Shown here: piece after piece, positions 53,248-64,000 of the stretch
Numbering within the stretch: position 1 is the stretch's first letter
Layout: each line of letters begins with the position of its first letter
NCBI RefSeq assembly: GCF_964355755.1
Contig: NC_092672.1
Span: 9,796,001-9,860,000, forward strand
Length of the DNA: 64,000 nucleotides
From: Antedon mediterranea
Lineage: Eukaryota > Animalia > Echinodermata
Direction of reading: 5' to 3'
Position numbers and translations under genes: made by a program
The notes under the pieces: model-generated
The model's input: only the letters and a program-made list of their open reading frames with translations
The model's database searches: none
What the model was told of the DNA's origin: nothing

Positions 53248-53837
53248 GTTAGATTTAGTTCTCTTTTGAAATATAATTTAACCTTATATGTTGGAAACAA
53301 TTAAGAGAATGTAACTTTTAAGGGAATACTTTCCTTTAAAACAGACAAGGCCAATCAATCACATAATTGCTTAGTTTATTTAACCATAGGCCTATATTGG
53401 CCTATTAATATTTTATAGTACTAGTAAAATCGTAGTGGATGGAAGAACAATAACAAAACTCATTTAAATTCAAATATCTATTTTTCTTAAGAATCTTTAA
53501 ATAGCTGTTTGCTAATAAATTGTTGTCCTAAATGTCAGTTGTATTGATTAAGCACTAAAATGTTATTGCTCGCCCGCATAAAAAATCCTGGATCCGCCCC
53601 CAAAGAAGTGTATAAGATGCTTGTTAAACATAGCACACTGTAGATATTCTTAGTTCATACATTTGTGGGTCAAAGTCCTAGGAAGCAGACATCTGTTGGT
53701 TGCTTCAACTTTGGTTATTATTTTCACATTAATAGTATTAAAAGCTTTATGCAAAATTCTTTACATTCTACAATTCCCACTATATTCTAGAGGGCGACAT
53801 TGAAGATTTACCCAATGCCATGTTTTTTACTTTGCAG

Positions 53838-53950
53838 GTTTTATTAGGTTTATCTGATTCAGAGTTAGAAGTGGGACTTGGTGTAACAAACACGCTGCAC
53901 AAAAGGAAAATTCGGCTAGCAATAGAAGAAAGCAGAAATTCTAACCAAGT
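53838..53950 (+). CDS. KAZN: Kazrin SAM1 second half (VLLGLSDSELEVGLGVTNTLHKRKIRLAIEESRNSNQ)
   Basis: Acceptor tttgcag|, donor GT|GTAAGA; phase 0 to 2; SAM motif LHKRKIRLAIE. Confidence 0.93.
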
Positions 53951-53967
53951 GTAAGATTGAAATATAT

Positions 53968-54261
53968 ATTTATACTGGGTAACCTCTTCAGTCAAAGACT
54001 GGTCTCCCAGAGAGCCCAGTTGGTGATCAGTGGCTATGATGTACTAATACACCGGGGTAACCCCCTACTCGTCTCGAAAGATGTACTAGGTTCTTTAAAG
54101 TGCACACGAGCTAGATGTGTACACTGGACCTACGGTTTATAGTCCTTATCCGAGAAGACTCGTTCTACCACCAGAACCATGGAGTGAGCCTCGAACCCCT
54201 GCCGATGTTATGGCTACGTAATTACGGTTCCACTGTCTTAACCGCTCGGCCACTCACTCAC
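53968..54261 (-). mobile_element. tRNA-derived SINE with Deu/Nin-like central domain
   Basis: Minus strand has A box TGGCCGAGCGG, B box GGTTCGAGGC, then cggataaggactataaaccgtaggtcc...gcactttaaagaacc...gagtaggggg...ccccggtg, resembling the Deu/Nin domain as I recall it. Confidence 0.75.
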
Positions 54262-54898
54262 TAAGAACACCAATTGAATTATATTTTATTTGTACACTGC
54301 AGTTCTTGGGTCATAGAAGCTCTTATTAACTACTGTGCGCCTTTTTCTCTGTTTATTTAATGTTTTCTATGCTGTTGTTCATTGAGGCTCTTATTAACTG
54401 CTTGTGTGCCTTTTCATCTTTTGTTTAATTTTAATTTTGTATATGTCATAATATAATGTTTCTCATAAGACATGCTCTAGCCACAGTTAATTAAAAGTTC
54501 TTAGTTCACAGTTCCCATTGCATCAGCAATTTTTAAACTACAAATACGTATTTGTAAAGAAATAAGTTCATAATAAGGGCAATACTTTTAATTTATTCAA
54601 TAATTTAGTTTATTGTTAATTTAATACTTCAAGTTTTTGCTTGGGTTTTATTGCCAGCATTTTCTACAAATTGTAATAACAAATTGTTTGTGTTCTTCCT
54701 TTCTTTTTAAAATTTACAAATACATTTATTCATCAGATCAAAAATCATAATAAAATATATATGTACAGTGTTTTCAAGAAAATGATGAAATGGAGGTCTC
54801 AGAAAACCAGGTTAAACTTTGATAAATGGTAAATTGCACTTTCCTTATTTTTTCCTGGTTATACTCAGCTGATGTGATATGATATATTTTATTCATAG

Positions 54899-55133
54899 GC
54901 CTTATCCAAAAATAGGGGAGTTGGATCATAGGTGGGTTTGCCGGACATGGCTGAGCGACATCGGTCTACCGCAATATGCAGCAACATTTGAGCAGGAGAA
55001 GATTGATGGCAGAGTGCTGAACACACTGACAAAGAAAGACCTGGAGAAGTATTTACATATGACTGTACGCTTTCACCAAGTCAGCATACTCTATGGTATT
55101 GAGGTCCTTAAGAAAGTGCAATTTGATAAGAAG
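54899..55133 (+). CDS. KAZN: Kazrin SAM2 exon (PYPKIGELDHRWVCRTWLSDIGLPQY...QFDKK)
   Basis: Acceptor ttcatag|, donor AAG|GTATGT; phase 2 to 0. Confidence 0.95.
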
Positions 55134-55239
55134 GTATGTGTGACAGAATTTGGTTAAATAATGATATATTTTATGGCTAAAAGGGGTTGATAAAAAACAA
55201 TACACATTTATCATACGATTTTCACCATGTACACTTAAC

Positions 55240-55375
55240 AATATCGGCATATGAAGCCGACTCATAATTCGAGTCTTCACAGATAAGGACTATAAACCGT
55301 AGGTTCAGCGTACATAGTTTTTCCGTGTGCAATTTAAAAAACCCAGTTCATCATTCAATATGAGTAGCGGTTAAG
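55240..55375 (+). mobile_element. Partial copy of the same Deu/Nin-like SINE
   Basis: cgagtcttcacagataaggactataaaccgtaggttcagcgtaca...gtgtgcaatttaaaaaaccc. Confidence 0.65.
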
Positions 55376-55549
55376 GTTTATTTACTGTTGGTATTAATCT
55401 TTGCCATGTGCCTAAAGACATAAAAGAAATAAATACAATAAAATATTGCCTTGAAATAAGATTTTTCTGTCTACATATATTTAAAAACAAAATTAAATGA
55501 ACTAGAAAAAATGCATTGTAAACTAGGAGATGGTTTTACCTTTTATCAG

Positions 55550-55651
55550 ATATTGATGGAACGTAGAAATAACTGTGAAAGTTTTGATACAGACCCGTTA
55601 GTTTGGACAAATCAGCGATTTATTAAATGGACAAAAACAATAGATCTGAAG
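55550..55651 (+). CDS. KAZN: Kazrin SAM3 start (ILMERRNNCESFDTDPLVWTNQRFIKWTKTIDLK)
   Basis: Acceptor ttttatcag|, donor AAG|GTAAGT; phase 0 to 0. Not in the ORF track. Confidence 0.95.
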
Positions 55652-55698
55652 GTAAGTTGATTTTATTATATGTACGCATTCCTACATCTGTTTTCAAA

Positions 55699-55837
55699 AG
55701 CTCTGTCTAAACTATCAAACTAGTTTGATGTGCCCAAATATGGTAGTGATATTCCCAATTAGTGATATGACATCATCATGTCCATATATAGGCACATCAC
55801 ATTTTTTGTCACATAAAGTTTGATAGTGTAGACAGCT
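55699..55837. mobile_element. Short AGCTCTGTCTACAC MITE, copy 4
   Basis: TIR and internal motifs as in copies 1 and 2. Confidence 0.8.
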
Positions 55838-56111
55838 TTATTTAAGTTTGAATTGGTTTGCTATCTTGCATCTGATCTCTCCCTCAATCCACTCATCATA
55901 AGATGTAAGAACATAATGTGGAACAGTTTTAATCCTTTATTGGATAAAAATTGAATTGTATTTTGTATCTAAAAGTTTCAAAACAATGTTATTCTACTAG
56001 TATGTTCATGAACTGTAATGATAGAGCTTTCATTATGGTAACATGATACAGCTATCAAGTTCTAGAATTTTAGCCTAGGCCTCTCTGTGACCAGTAGCAG
56101 ATATTTTGAAA

Positions 56112-56238
56112 TAGGTGGATCCAGGGCCTAAAAATGGTGAAATGAAGGGCTGAGCTTAATTTGATGTCCTATCTTTTGCATTACAATTGGAGAAAGTTAG
56201 GGGGCCGGGCCGACTGGGCCCCCTTGTATCCGCACCTG
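56112..56238. mobile_element. Small degenerate MITE candidate
   Basis: aggtggatccag ... tgtatccgcacctg form loose inverted ends around a GC-rich interior. Confidence 0.35.
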
Positions 56239-56340
56239 GTGACCGACTTTAAGAAAAATACATAATGTGACGGTGCAAATTTGCATATATTTCTTGTTGA
56301 ATTGAGGTGCAATGATTATTAATTTGTTGATGTTTTGCAG

Positions 56341-56507
56341 GAATATTCTAATAATTTAATTGAAACTGGAGTGCATGGTGGCGTTGTGGTTCTTGACTCT
56401 TCGTTTACTCCTGAGCATCTTGGAACATTTTTAGGAATATCTTCAACCAAAAATATCCTTCGACGACATCTGACATCAGAGTTTAACTCATTAATCAGAC
56501 CAGCAAG
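56341..56507 (+). CDS. KAZN: Kazrin SAM3 exon (EYSNNLIETGVHGGVVVL...ILRRHLTSEFNSLIRPA)
   Basis: Acceptor ttttgcag|, donor AAG|GTATGG; phase 0 to 2. Confidence 0.95.
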
Positions 56508-57379
56508 GTATGGTAGTCACAACTATAACATTTGGTGTTGTTTTTGTATATTTAAGTTGCATGATGCGGTCAATATCATCTTTTTTTTTTCATCTTTATT
56601 TTCACATTTTAACATTTCATGATCATCTGTCATAATAGCATCACCAAAATATAGAATTTAAAAAAATCCTACATTTTCAACAGCAGGTTACTCACCAATA
56701 ATTAAAGGATAATTATATTGTGCTTGTAAATAAAGTCTTGTTCCATGCTTTGAGAGTGGAGTAGAAACAGTTACAATTACAACCCTTGGAATGAACCCTT
56801 GATGTTAGGACTAGAAATCAAGCTTCACCGATTTAGTTAGGCTGGGAAACTTAAATAAATGCATATCAATTAGTTGATTTAAAGGCTAGAAATTTGCTTC
56901 CCCCGCACTAAAAAAAATGTTATTTAGTATAATAAAATAGTAGCAACCATGTCTATAATGTATCATCAATATTTAGAATCATAATTTTCCATATAGATAT
57001 CATCCAGGGAAAACTTCATATTAAAATTGTTCAGCAATATTGCTTATCAAACTGATTTTTTAGATCAGAAAAATAGTTGTATTGTATTTTTTGATACACA
57101 ATTTTAGAAATGTGTAGCAATAAGGTTGTTTTGTATAGCTTACACTGGCGAAATTATTCCCTGTCATCATAAATGCTGTATTCGGTTTATAATAAACTAT
57201 CTTCTAAAGTTCATTCATTTCCTGCATCTATCCTAAAATAGTCATCACCAATTACTATATCATCTATAAATGGATGATGCTAGTAGACCAAACTTTGTAC
57301 TGTTTTTAATTTACATTTGTAAAATTATTTGAAAATATATGCATGCTCACAGCTTCTCCATTTCATGTCATATTTTCAG

Positions 57380-57530
57380 GTCATCATCAGACTCTGATAA
57401 CACTTCGTTGCCAAATTTGACCACCAAATCCTCAAAGCACGTTCAGGCGTCTTTGCAGCGGTCATTTGTCCGTTCTTATGTGGGCAACGACGATGAACTT
57501 CGAGGGAGTCGGAGGCGCCCAATGTTTAGG
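57380..57530 (+). CDS. KAZN: Kazrin C-terminal exon (RSSSDSDN...GSRRRPMFR)
   Basis: Acceptor ttttcag|, donor AGG|GTAAGG; phase 2 to 0. Confidence 0.88.
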
Positions 57531-58274
57531 GTAAGGAATAAGCAGGCTTTGATTTGTGAATATTTTGTCAAATATGTATTTTATTATATTAAAATTATTT
57601 ATTTTTTTAAAGATATCTTACTATTACAACAATAAGCTAGACCTATTATATTTATTAACATGTGACCCTATATTTTTGTTGGAAATAAAACATGTAAATA
57701 TTAAATTTAAACTGATGTTTAATTTTGTAGACATAATTTTCGAAGTAATAATTGTTTAAATATCAACTTATTACTTACTCTTTTATATACATTTGACTTT
57801 AATTACTTAATTAAAATACAGTATGACGTTCAAAATTTTAATATTTTATACAAAAAATTTATTTACATTTAAACTAATACATACTAGGCGTCTGTATTTT
57901 GCTTTTTATACAATTAACGTTTGTTTGCATCTTTTATATCGGCAAGATGATTCATAAACTCCCCACGTCTATTTTTATTATTATTATTAGTTTTATATTA
58001 TACAAATGTGACTCATATTGTTTCATTCCAACATTATCTGCAAACACAATCAGTTGATTGGAATATTTGTTGGCGTCAGTTGATCATTAATACGATTTAA
58101 AAAAACACTTATGATGATGGATGAAATGTCAAATGAGCTGTTAAGAAAGTCGCATCTCAAGTATTTCATCATCTTTACTGAATGACACTTCTAATTAATG
58201 ATTTTCAAACATTTTTTTTTTCATTTTTAATACCGAAATAAAGTTGATTGATTGATTGCTTACTTGCTCCCTAG

Positions 58275-58361
58275 ATTATGAGACGGATTTCAAAGTCTGC
58301 CGCCGACCTTACCAAAGTCCCTCTTTACGAAACTCTCAGAGAGACAGCCTCTGAATATTGA
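58275..58361 (+). CDS. KAZN: Candidate proximal alternative terminal exon: IMRRISKSAADLTKVPLYETLRETASEY*
   Basis: Acceptor ttgctccctag|, phase 0, 28 codons plus TGA, AATAAA at 58369-58374. GC-richer than its flanks. Confidence 0.6.
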   Translation: MMRRISKSAADLTKVPLYETLRETASEY

Positions 58362-61300
58362 GTAAAGCAATAAAGTAATTCTTTCTTTTCTGTTAACAAT
58401 AACACTATAACCTTTGGGTGAATTCAATTCCTGCAATTGCCTGAAAAAAAAATCCCCAAATAATAACATTATTATCAACATTATAGTTTTAGATTTTCTG
58501 CAGTGTAGATTCTCAGATAATAATGCTTCGAAAAGTTAAAACTAATAACGTATTACGGTAGTATTACAACATAGATAGACCATTACTACAGTATAACAGT
58601 AACATAGCTTTATATACTAAATACTACATTATATAGTATGTAATGTTTGAAGATGTAACCCTTCTTAAAAATAAAAACAAATAAATTGCATATTTAAAAA
58701 CTTCGGTATATTGCATTGTTAATTGAATATTAACACAGGTATCGAGAGATCACCTTCTTTTATGGCATATGTCGTTAATCAAAGTAAATTATTACCAAAA
58801 CTTATAGAGTGCCTTGACTTCACTTATTGGTACTAATAAATATTTGCAGTCTTTATTAATTAACAATGCCACATCCAACATTTTTGTAATATTTAATATT
58901 CTTATTTAAAAAAAAAATGAACTGCCAAAAATTATTTTTTTAATTGGATAGAAACCAGTGCAATACAGAAAGAATTTTTGCTTCTCTTTAAAAGTTATTT
59001 GCAATATATTTTAAACTGCGCAACTTCAGTTATTTTTGTTTCATTTTTATAGTACTGTTACATCTTTTAAATCATTTTATAAATACATGTTATAACTTAT
59101 AACATTTTAATTTCAGATGACAACAATGAAATAATATTTTTATGTGTTTTAATTTTGTGTCTGTTAAATATCTTGTATATTATTCATATTTTATATACTT
59201 GCATGTTATTAATTATTTATACATATAATTATTATATTATAATTTAAATTTTGTAATGAGCATGGCCATAATTAATAGCTTTGAATGAAATGTCATTCCA
59301 TTATATATTTCAACTTTTACTAATTTTTAATTTGTTTTTATTTTCTGTATGTTGTTGCGATTTGTTGTGGAATATGGATTTATTTGTTTATGATGAAAAT
59401 AGTGAAAATTGAATTAGAATAAGAAAAACATTTACATTTATTTATTTAATTTTTTTAGGTTGTTTTTTCCGCTACTACTGTAACTGTTTTGTACAGATTA
59501 TAAGTAAAATTACAATTAAATTTCTTTTGCGTATACTTGCCATTTAATTTTGTACCAGGGTTCCAGTGTTCTATTTGATGCTAAATGATTCTATTTTTTA
59601 GAATTGTGTGCAGTGTGAGGGTGGTGTGTTGCATATTGAATAAATAACCTGTAGTATTATTAATCCCTTCAATTTATGTTGTACTCTGCAGCCAAACACC
59701 TACCGTATTCACTATCCTGACATCAACGGAATAATTAAATAAAAGTTCACTTCAGAACATTATATATTAGGTGTTATTAAACACATTATTTTTTATTTCA
59801 ATGTAGAAAATACATCTGCAGATATGTAGCAGGCCATTTTCAGAATATACATAGACAGATAGCTGCTTAAAATAGAAATTAATCTTATATGTTATTTTGT
59901 ATTCAATTTAATGTTTTCCTTGATAACATTTATGGAACCTTTAAGTACCAATACATGTCTGTCAATGTTTCATCATATCCTGTATCTTTCCTGTACCTTT
60001 ACTAAAATCTAGGTTTGTTATTTAAAATCACAAACATACTTCAGGTGTGATTATTATTGACGTTGGTGAAAATCTTGTAAAATGTTGCTAAATAAGTAGA
60101 TAACTATTTAGGAATTATTCTTTGAAATTATATTCCTGTCTTCTGATTAGATGTAAAGAATGGTTACACATTGTCATATGAACTTTTTAGATTATTTCAT
60201 AGGTTGTACTTTATAGTTCTAGATTGTGATTTTTTCAGTTGGAGGTTGTTTTGAAAACTAATTTTATCATTCTTTGCTACCTATAGTGTCATTGATACTT
60301 GAATTGTGAGTCACTATAGTTTACTGTTAGTATGTAGGTTTTGGCAATCCTCATGCTAAGCCTACCCAGGTTAATGGAGATATATTAGTTTTGAAGGGTA
60401 ATGCTGGGAGGGTAAATAGGCCCTTATAGGATAGATTATCAGATATATGCATAGAGAGGTAAAGGTCATACCACATAGTACAGATCCTATCACACCAGAG
60501 TTGTCAAAAGACCTGCATGGATTCTTGGTTGCTTCTCGCATGTGTCACATAGATTTAACTCTCATCACCAATCTCAGACCTGATGTGAAAGAAATCTCAC
60601 TTCTGACAGCATGATATGGAGTCTATAACTTATCAGTTTCACATTTTCAATTTGGAAAATAAAGCACACTGATCCTGCTACTCACGATAACTTTTGACCT
60701 TCTAATAGCCTGTCAGTATTTGCATAGTGCCAGTTCATCCTCAGTTGACTGAGAAAATGCTATGTTAAAACATCATCTATAAGATACCATTGCGATGCAT
60801 TTATTTGTAATGTTTGTTTGTATCCCAATAATTGGCGATCTTGATTGGAAATACTGATTCTGTTTTATTTGCATCAAATTCTAGTGGGTTAGTCTTGAAT
60901 CTTTGAACAGAGGAGAATTCTGAGGCTGAACCGGTTTGGAGACATCATTTTTAGCTGGTGTGTGAGTCCTATCTACCAGATATACCAGAGTTTAACTCAC
61001 TCTCTGATGTTGTTACTCCCTTCCTCTATCTAAATAAAAAAAGAATATCCTAAAACAAATGTACTATTTTTTTGGTTTAGATTTTTATACTAATATTGCA
61101 TCAATTATAGCTTTTTCTATATATAAAAAAATCTTCTTCTCCCTTTTAATGTATTATTTTTGTTCAATGTTCTTTTTGTTTTCTTTGATCTGTATTATTA
61201 TTTCAAAGCAATGATAATTGTAGTAAAAAGTATCAAATATCAAGAAATGCATGATAGAAAGTTATTTAAAAAAAATTAAATTAAATAATTTAAATTTAAC

Positions 61301-61550
61301 AATTGTGGCTTTCAATTGTTTTATGTTCTGTCAAAATATAGAGCATTGTTTTTTTTTAAGTACTGTATTATATTTTTGTTTAGGTGCACTAAATTCCAAA
61401 ACTGAATTATAAACAACAACATTACAGTAGTTATTTTATGTTTTATAATAATTTAGTTTGAGTTTACTTATTACATTATTAATTGATTAAGATTATACAT
61501 TTTATTTAAATTAATTACAAACCCTAATTAACTGTATACAATTTTTTCAG

Positions 61551-61682
61551 GGTTCTGTCGGACGAGCTTTTGGCCGGAAATTTCGTCAGAGTGCAATGGA
61601 GTACCAGAACCAGGGCAACTTCTCACAGCCAATTCAGAAATCTCGAAGTCACGAACTCTTGAACAACTCGACCGTATCGTAG
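61551..61682 (+). CDS. KAZN: Kazrin distal terminal exon: GSVGRAFGRKFRQSAMEYQNQGNFSQPIQKSRSHELLNNSTVS*
   Basis: Acceptor ttttttcag|, phase 0. GSVGRAF resembles human GKIGRGF. TAG at 61680-61682; AATAAA at 61896. Confidence 0.85.
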   Translation, partial: GSVGRAFGRKFRQSAMEYQNQGNFSQPIQKSRSHELLNNSTVS

Positions 61683-61895
61683 CAAATTTAGGACACTCTT
61701 CCAGACCAAAGATGATCTACTATTTATTCTTTTCTAAATTGTAAATGATGTGGTATTCTTAAAAGTGTAAGCAGCTGAATTTTAACACAATCTTTTATTT
61801 TACAAAATCTGTTGGATATCACAATTTCGTTTGATATTACCATTCACTTTGATATCAAAAACTTATTATTAATATTTGTTATGTGACCAGCAGGC

Positions 61896-61901
61896 AATAA
61901 A
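61896..61901 (+). promoter_or_regulatory. Candidate polyadenylation signal for the distal terminal exon
   Basis: First AATAAA after the stop codon, with GT-rich sequence downstream. The true 3' UTR may be longer. Confidence 0.35.
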
Positions 61902-61988
61902 AATAATTGATATAAGATAATGTATGTTTATGTGGATAAAATCACTTTAATTAAAGTATAGACTCGAACATTAACATATCATCCTCAA

Positions 61989-62018
<30 letters not shown>
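61989..62018. repeat. (TTA)n microsatellite in the 3' region
   Basis: Read directly from the sequence. Confidence 0.9.
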
Positions 62019-62019
<1 letters not shown>

Positions 62020-63249
62020 AAATGAGGAACATATCAAGTAGCATAGTTTTCTATTAATACTATCAATACAATTTCATAAATTTAATACATGTTAACGTTA
62101 CATAAATAACAACTTTAGGCATGCATATCAAGCATTAATAACAGTGATAACCCAGAAAACAATAGAAGTTTGTACCAAATATGTTTCAACCAAATATAAT
62201 ATCATTGCTTTGGTTTATGTTTTTTTAAATTTTATTTAGTAATATTTTTGTGTCAAATTCTGATAGATATTACCAGGAAAAGTGTTTAACATGTGATATA
62301 TCATTACGCTGCCATGCGCAATACAAACAAATTAATTATTTTTTTTAAACTAGCAAAGCTTGTATAAAACAATAGATTTTATTGATTTTAAAAATTGTTA
62401 AAATGATGAGCACTCCGCCGCATCAAATATTGATTGCCCTCTGTTAAACTTGTGCTTGCAAAAATGATCTACACATTCTGGGATTCTTTCAACTGTGTAT
62501 AGGAGAAAGATAGTATAGCATAAGTAAATTCCATAATAAATTGGTCACTTTTCCGAGAGACGAACAAGGAGAAATGTATGTTTTAACCGTGTGGCCAACC
62601 CCTTTTCATGGGACACCCATATTTGTTGGGTGCTGAAGGACATACTCTATAGCGTATTCATCACATGTGATCCTGTATTTATACTAATTTCCATACAGAA
62701 CTCATGACACACTGATTCTGTCCATGATACTGTAAAATATATGCCATATAGCCTGAGAATCGTGTGTAGTTTCTGACTTAGTAACTTTTCAACTTGTTTA
62801 TTACTTTAAAACACGTCAACATATCAAGCTATAATAGGTGGTAACATAAATATAAAAATAATATATATTACGTAGTGTGTGCTTAGCTATTTTAAGAGTT
62901 TTAATTTGAGACCAATTATTATGAGTGTAAATGTAAATTTTAATAATAATCATGGCCTTATTTATTGTACATTGTTTGAATGACACTTGTATATACTTTT
63001 GGCTAATGCTATAATGTGAGAATGGGCGCTAATTTTTATGTGTGATAAAATTATTAATTTAAAACTTGTGAATTATGTTGGACAGTGTTGTTTAAGAATA
63101 AATTTGGGTGATTAAATAAAATATAATAACTTTAGAAAGTTCAATTATGTTTATTTTCGTTTTAAACATTTAATTATTCTATGCACAAAAATTAAGTTAA
63201 AGGTGTATAGATTAAGTAGGTCAAATAGTTTCTTTGAAATGTTGGTATA

Positions 63250-63516
63250 CAGTAGACCCCTTCTTTAGGACACCCTTATTCAGGACACCCTTATTCAAGG
63301 GACACATTACTGTGAAACGAGAGGAGATATATCTTTTAACACTACAGCCAACCCCACTCAGGGGAGACATTACTGTGAAAAGAGGGGAGATACAGTATAT
63401 CTTTTAACACTACAGCCAACACCACTCGGGGGAGACATTCTTATGAAAACGAGGGAAATGTTTTAACACTGCAGGCAACCCCTAATACTTGTGTCCCTTT
63501 AATAAGAATCCTTCTG
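63250..63516. mobile_element. Tc1/mariner-type MITE (CAGTAGA family) with about 65-bp internal tandem units
   Basis: TA|cagtagacccc...ggacaccc; three gagacattactgtgaaa...taacactacagccaac units; ends ttctg|TA. Confidence 0.55.
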
Positions 63517-64000
63517 TATAAACATTTTGTGTTTTTGTGCACAATTACATTGAATACTGTATCACCTTTGGGTCTTTCTTTTCCAAAATATACAGGTTCC
63601 TGCTTAGGTGTCAAATTCAATGTTTTTTTTTAACACAAAACATTAAATTAACACTAACTAACTAATTGATAAGACAGTAATGCAATGTAATTAATATATT
63701 TATATTTGTGATATTATAACATGTAAAGTGTAGATAATTATATATAACCCAATTATGATATAAAACACTCTAATTTAAACACATGTTCATGTAAATATGA
63801 ATAATGTGATTGGATACAAACAAAGGTTAATAACAACCATTGGCTTATTAATAAACGTATTCAATCACATTTTAGAAATAAAGAAAATCCCTTTCTTGTT
63901 TTTTGAATGCATACATTTGGATACATGGCAGTAAAACTAGATACTAAATGTTTCAGCCTTCTTTAGAATGGGAATTAAGACATTGTATCAGTGGGTATTT

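Larger units (their letters stand above)
9136..61682 (+). other. KAZN: Kazrin gene locus (multi-exon; coiled coil plus 3 SAM domains; liprin/kazrin family)
   Basis: Spliced exons give VMEENKRLTSRIDNSLQ-SANQEVNALKSEL, ARAKEALTAMKADRKRLKGEKVDL, WRANTVLAWLE...ENVKSGKVLLGLSD, LDHRWVCRTWLSDIGLPQY and DPLVWTNQRFIKW...GVHGGVVVL. These are colinear with human kazrin as I recall it (MMEDNKQLALRIDGAVQSASQEV, AKEALQAMKADRKRLKGEKTDL, ENVKSGKVLLSLSD, DPVVWTNQRVLKW). All introns are GT-AG with compatible phases. Confidence 0.95.

Noticed and set aside
22460-53995. Minus-strand ORFs at 22460, 43614, 52997 and 53780
   Set aside because: Antisense shadows of real kazrin exons.
58345-60928. CAGCCTCTGAAT / ATTCTGAGGCTG complementarity between the proximal terminal exon and the downstream intron
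   Set aside because: 11 of 12 bp is roughly chance level for the search space, with no colinear supporting helices.
45200-61300. General enrichment of RBFOX UGCAUG motifs
   Set aside because: The count is not clearly above what base composition predicts; only copies within structured elements were noted.

Overview
AT-rich eukaryotic (invertebrate-like) genomic DNA, almost entirely occupied by one plus-strand multi-exon gene encoding kazrin (KAZN): N-terminal coiled coil, basic NLS-like stretch and three C-terminal SAM domains. I reconstructed 13 phase-compatible coding exons from 22483 to 61682 by hand (about 827 aa with the first exon at 9136). The supplied ORF track is almost all spurious outside these exons. 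The gene shows signs of complex isoform control: 3-4 candidate alternative first exons, an internal first exon, two frame-preserving cassette/micro-exons (21/24 nt and 42 nt) set among nested hairpins and a 19-bp RNA duplex spanning about 4 kb, and two alternative terminal exons. The introns carry many non-autonomous DNA transposons with readable TIRs/TSDs (Harbinger-, piggyBac-, Kolobok-, Tc1/mariner-, Merlin-like and 6-bp-TSD types), tRNA-derived SINEs (one with a Deu/Nin-like domain), a minisatellite and an H/ACA-like structured RNA candidate. All isoform and RNA-structure claims are predictions from sequence alone.
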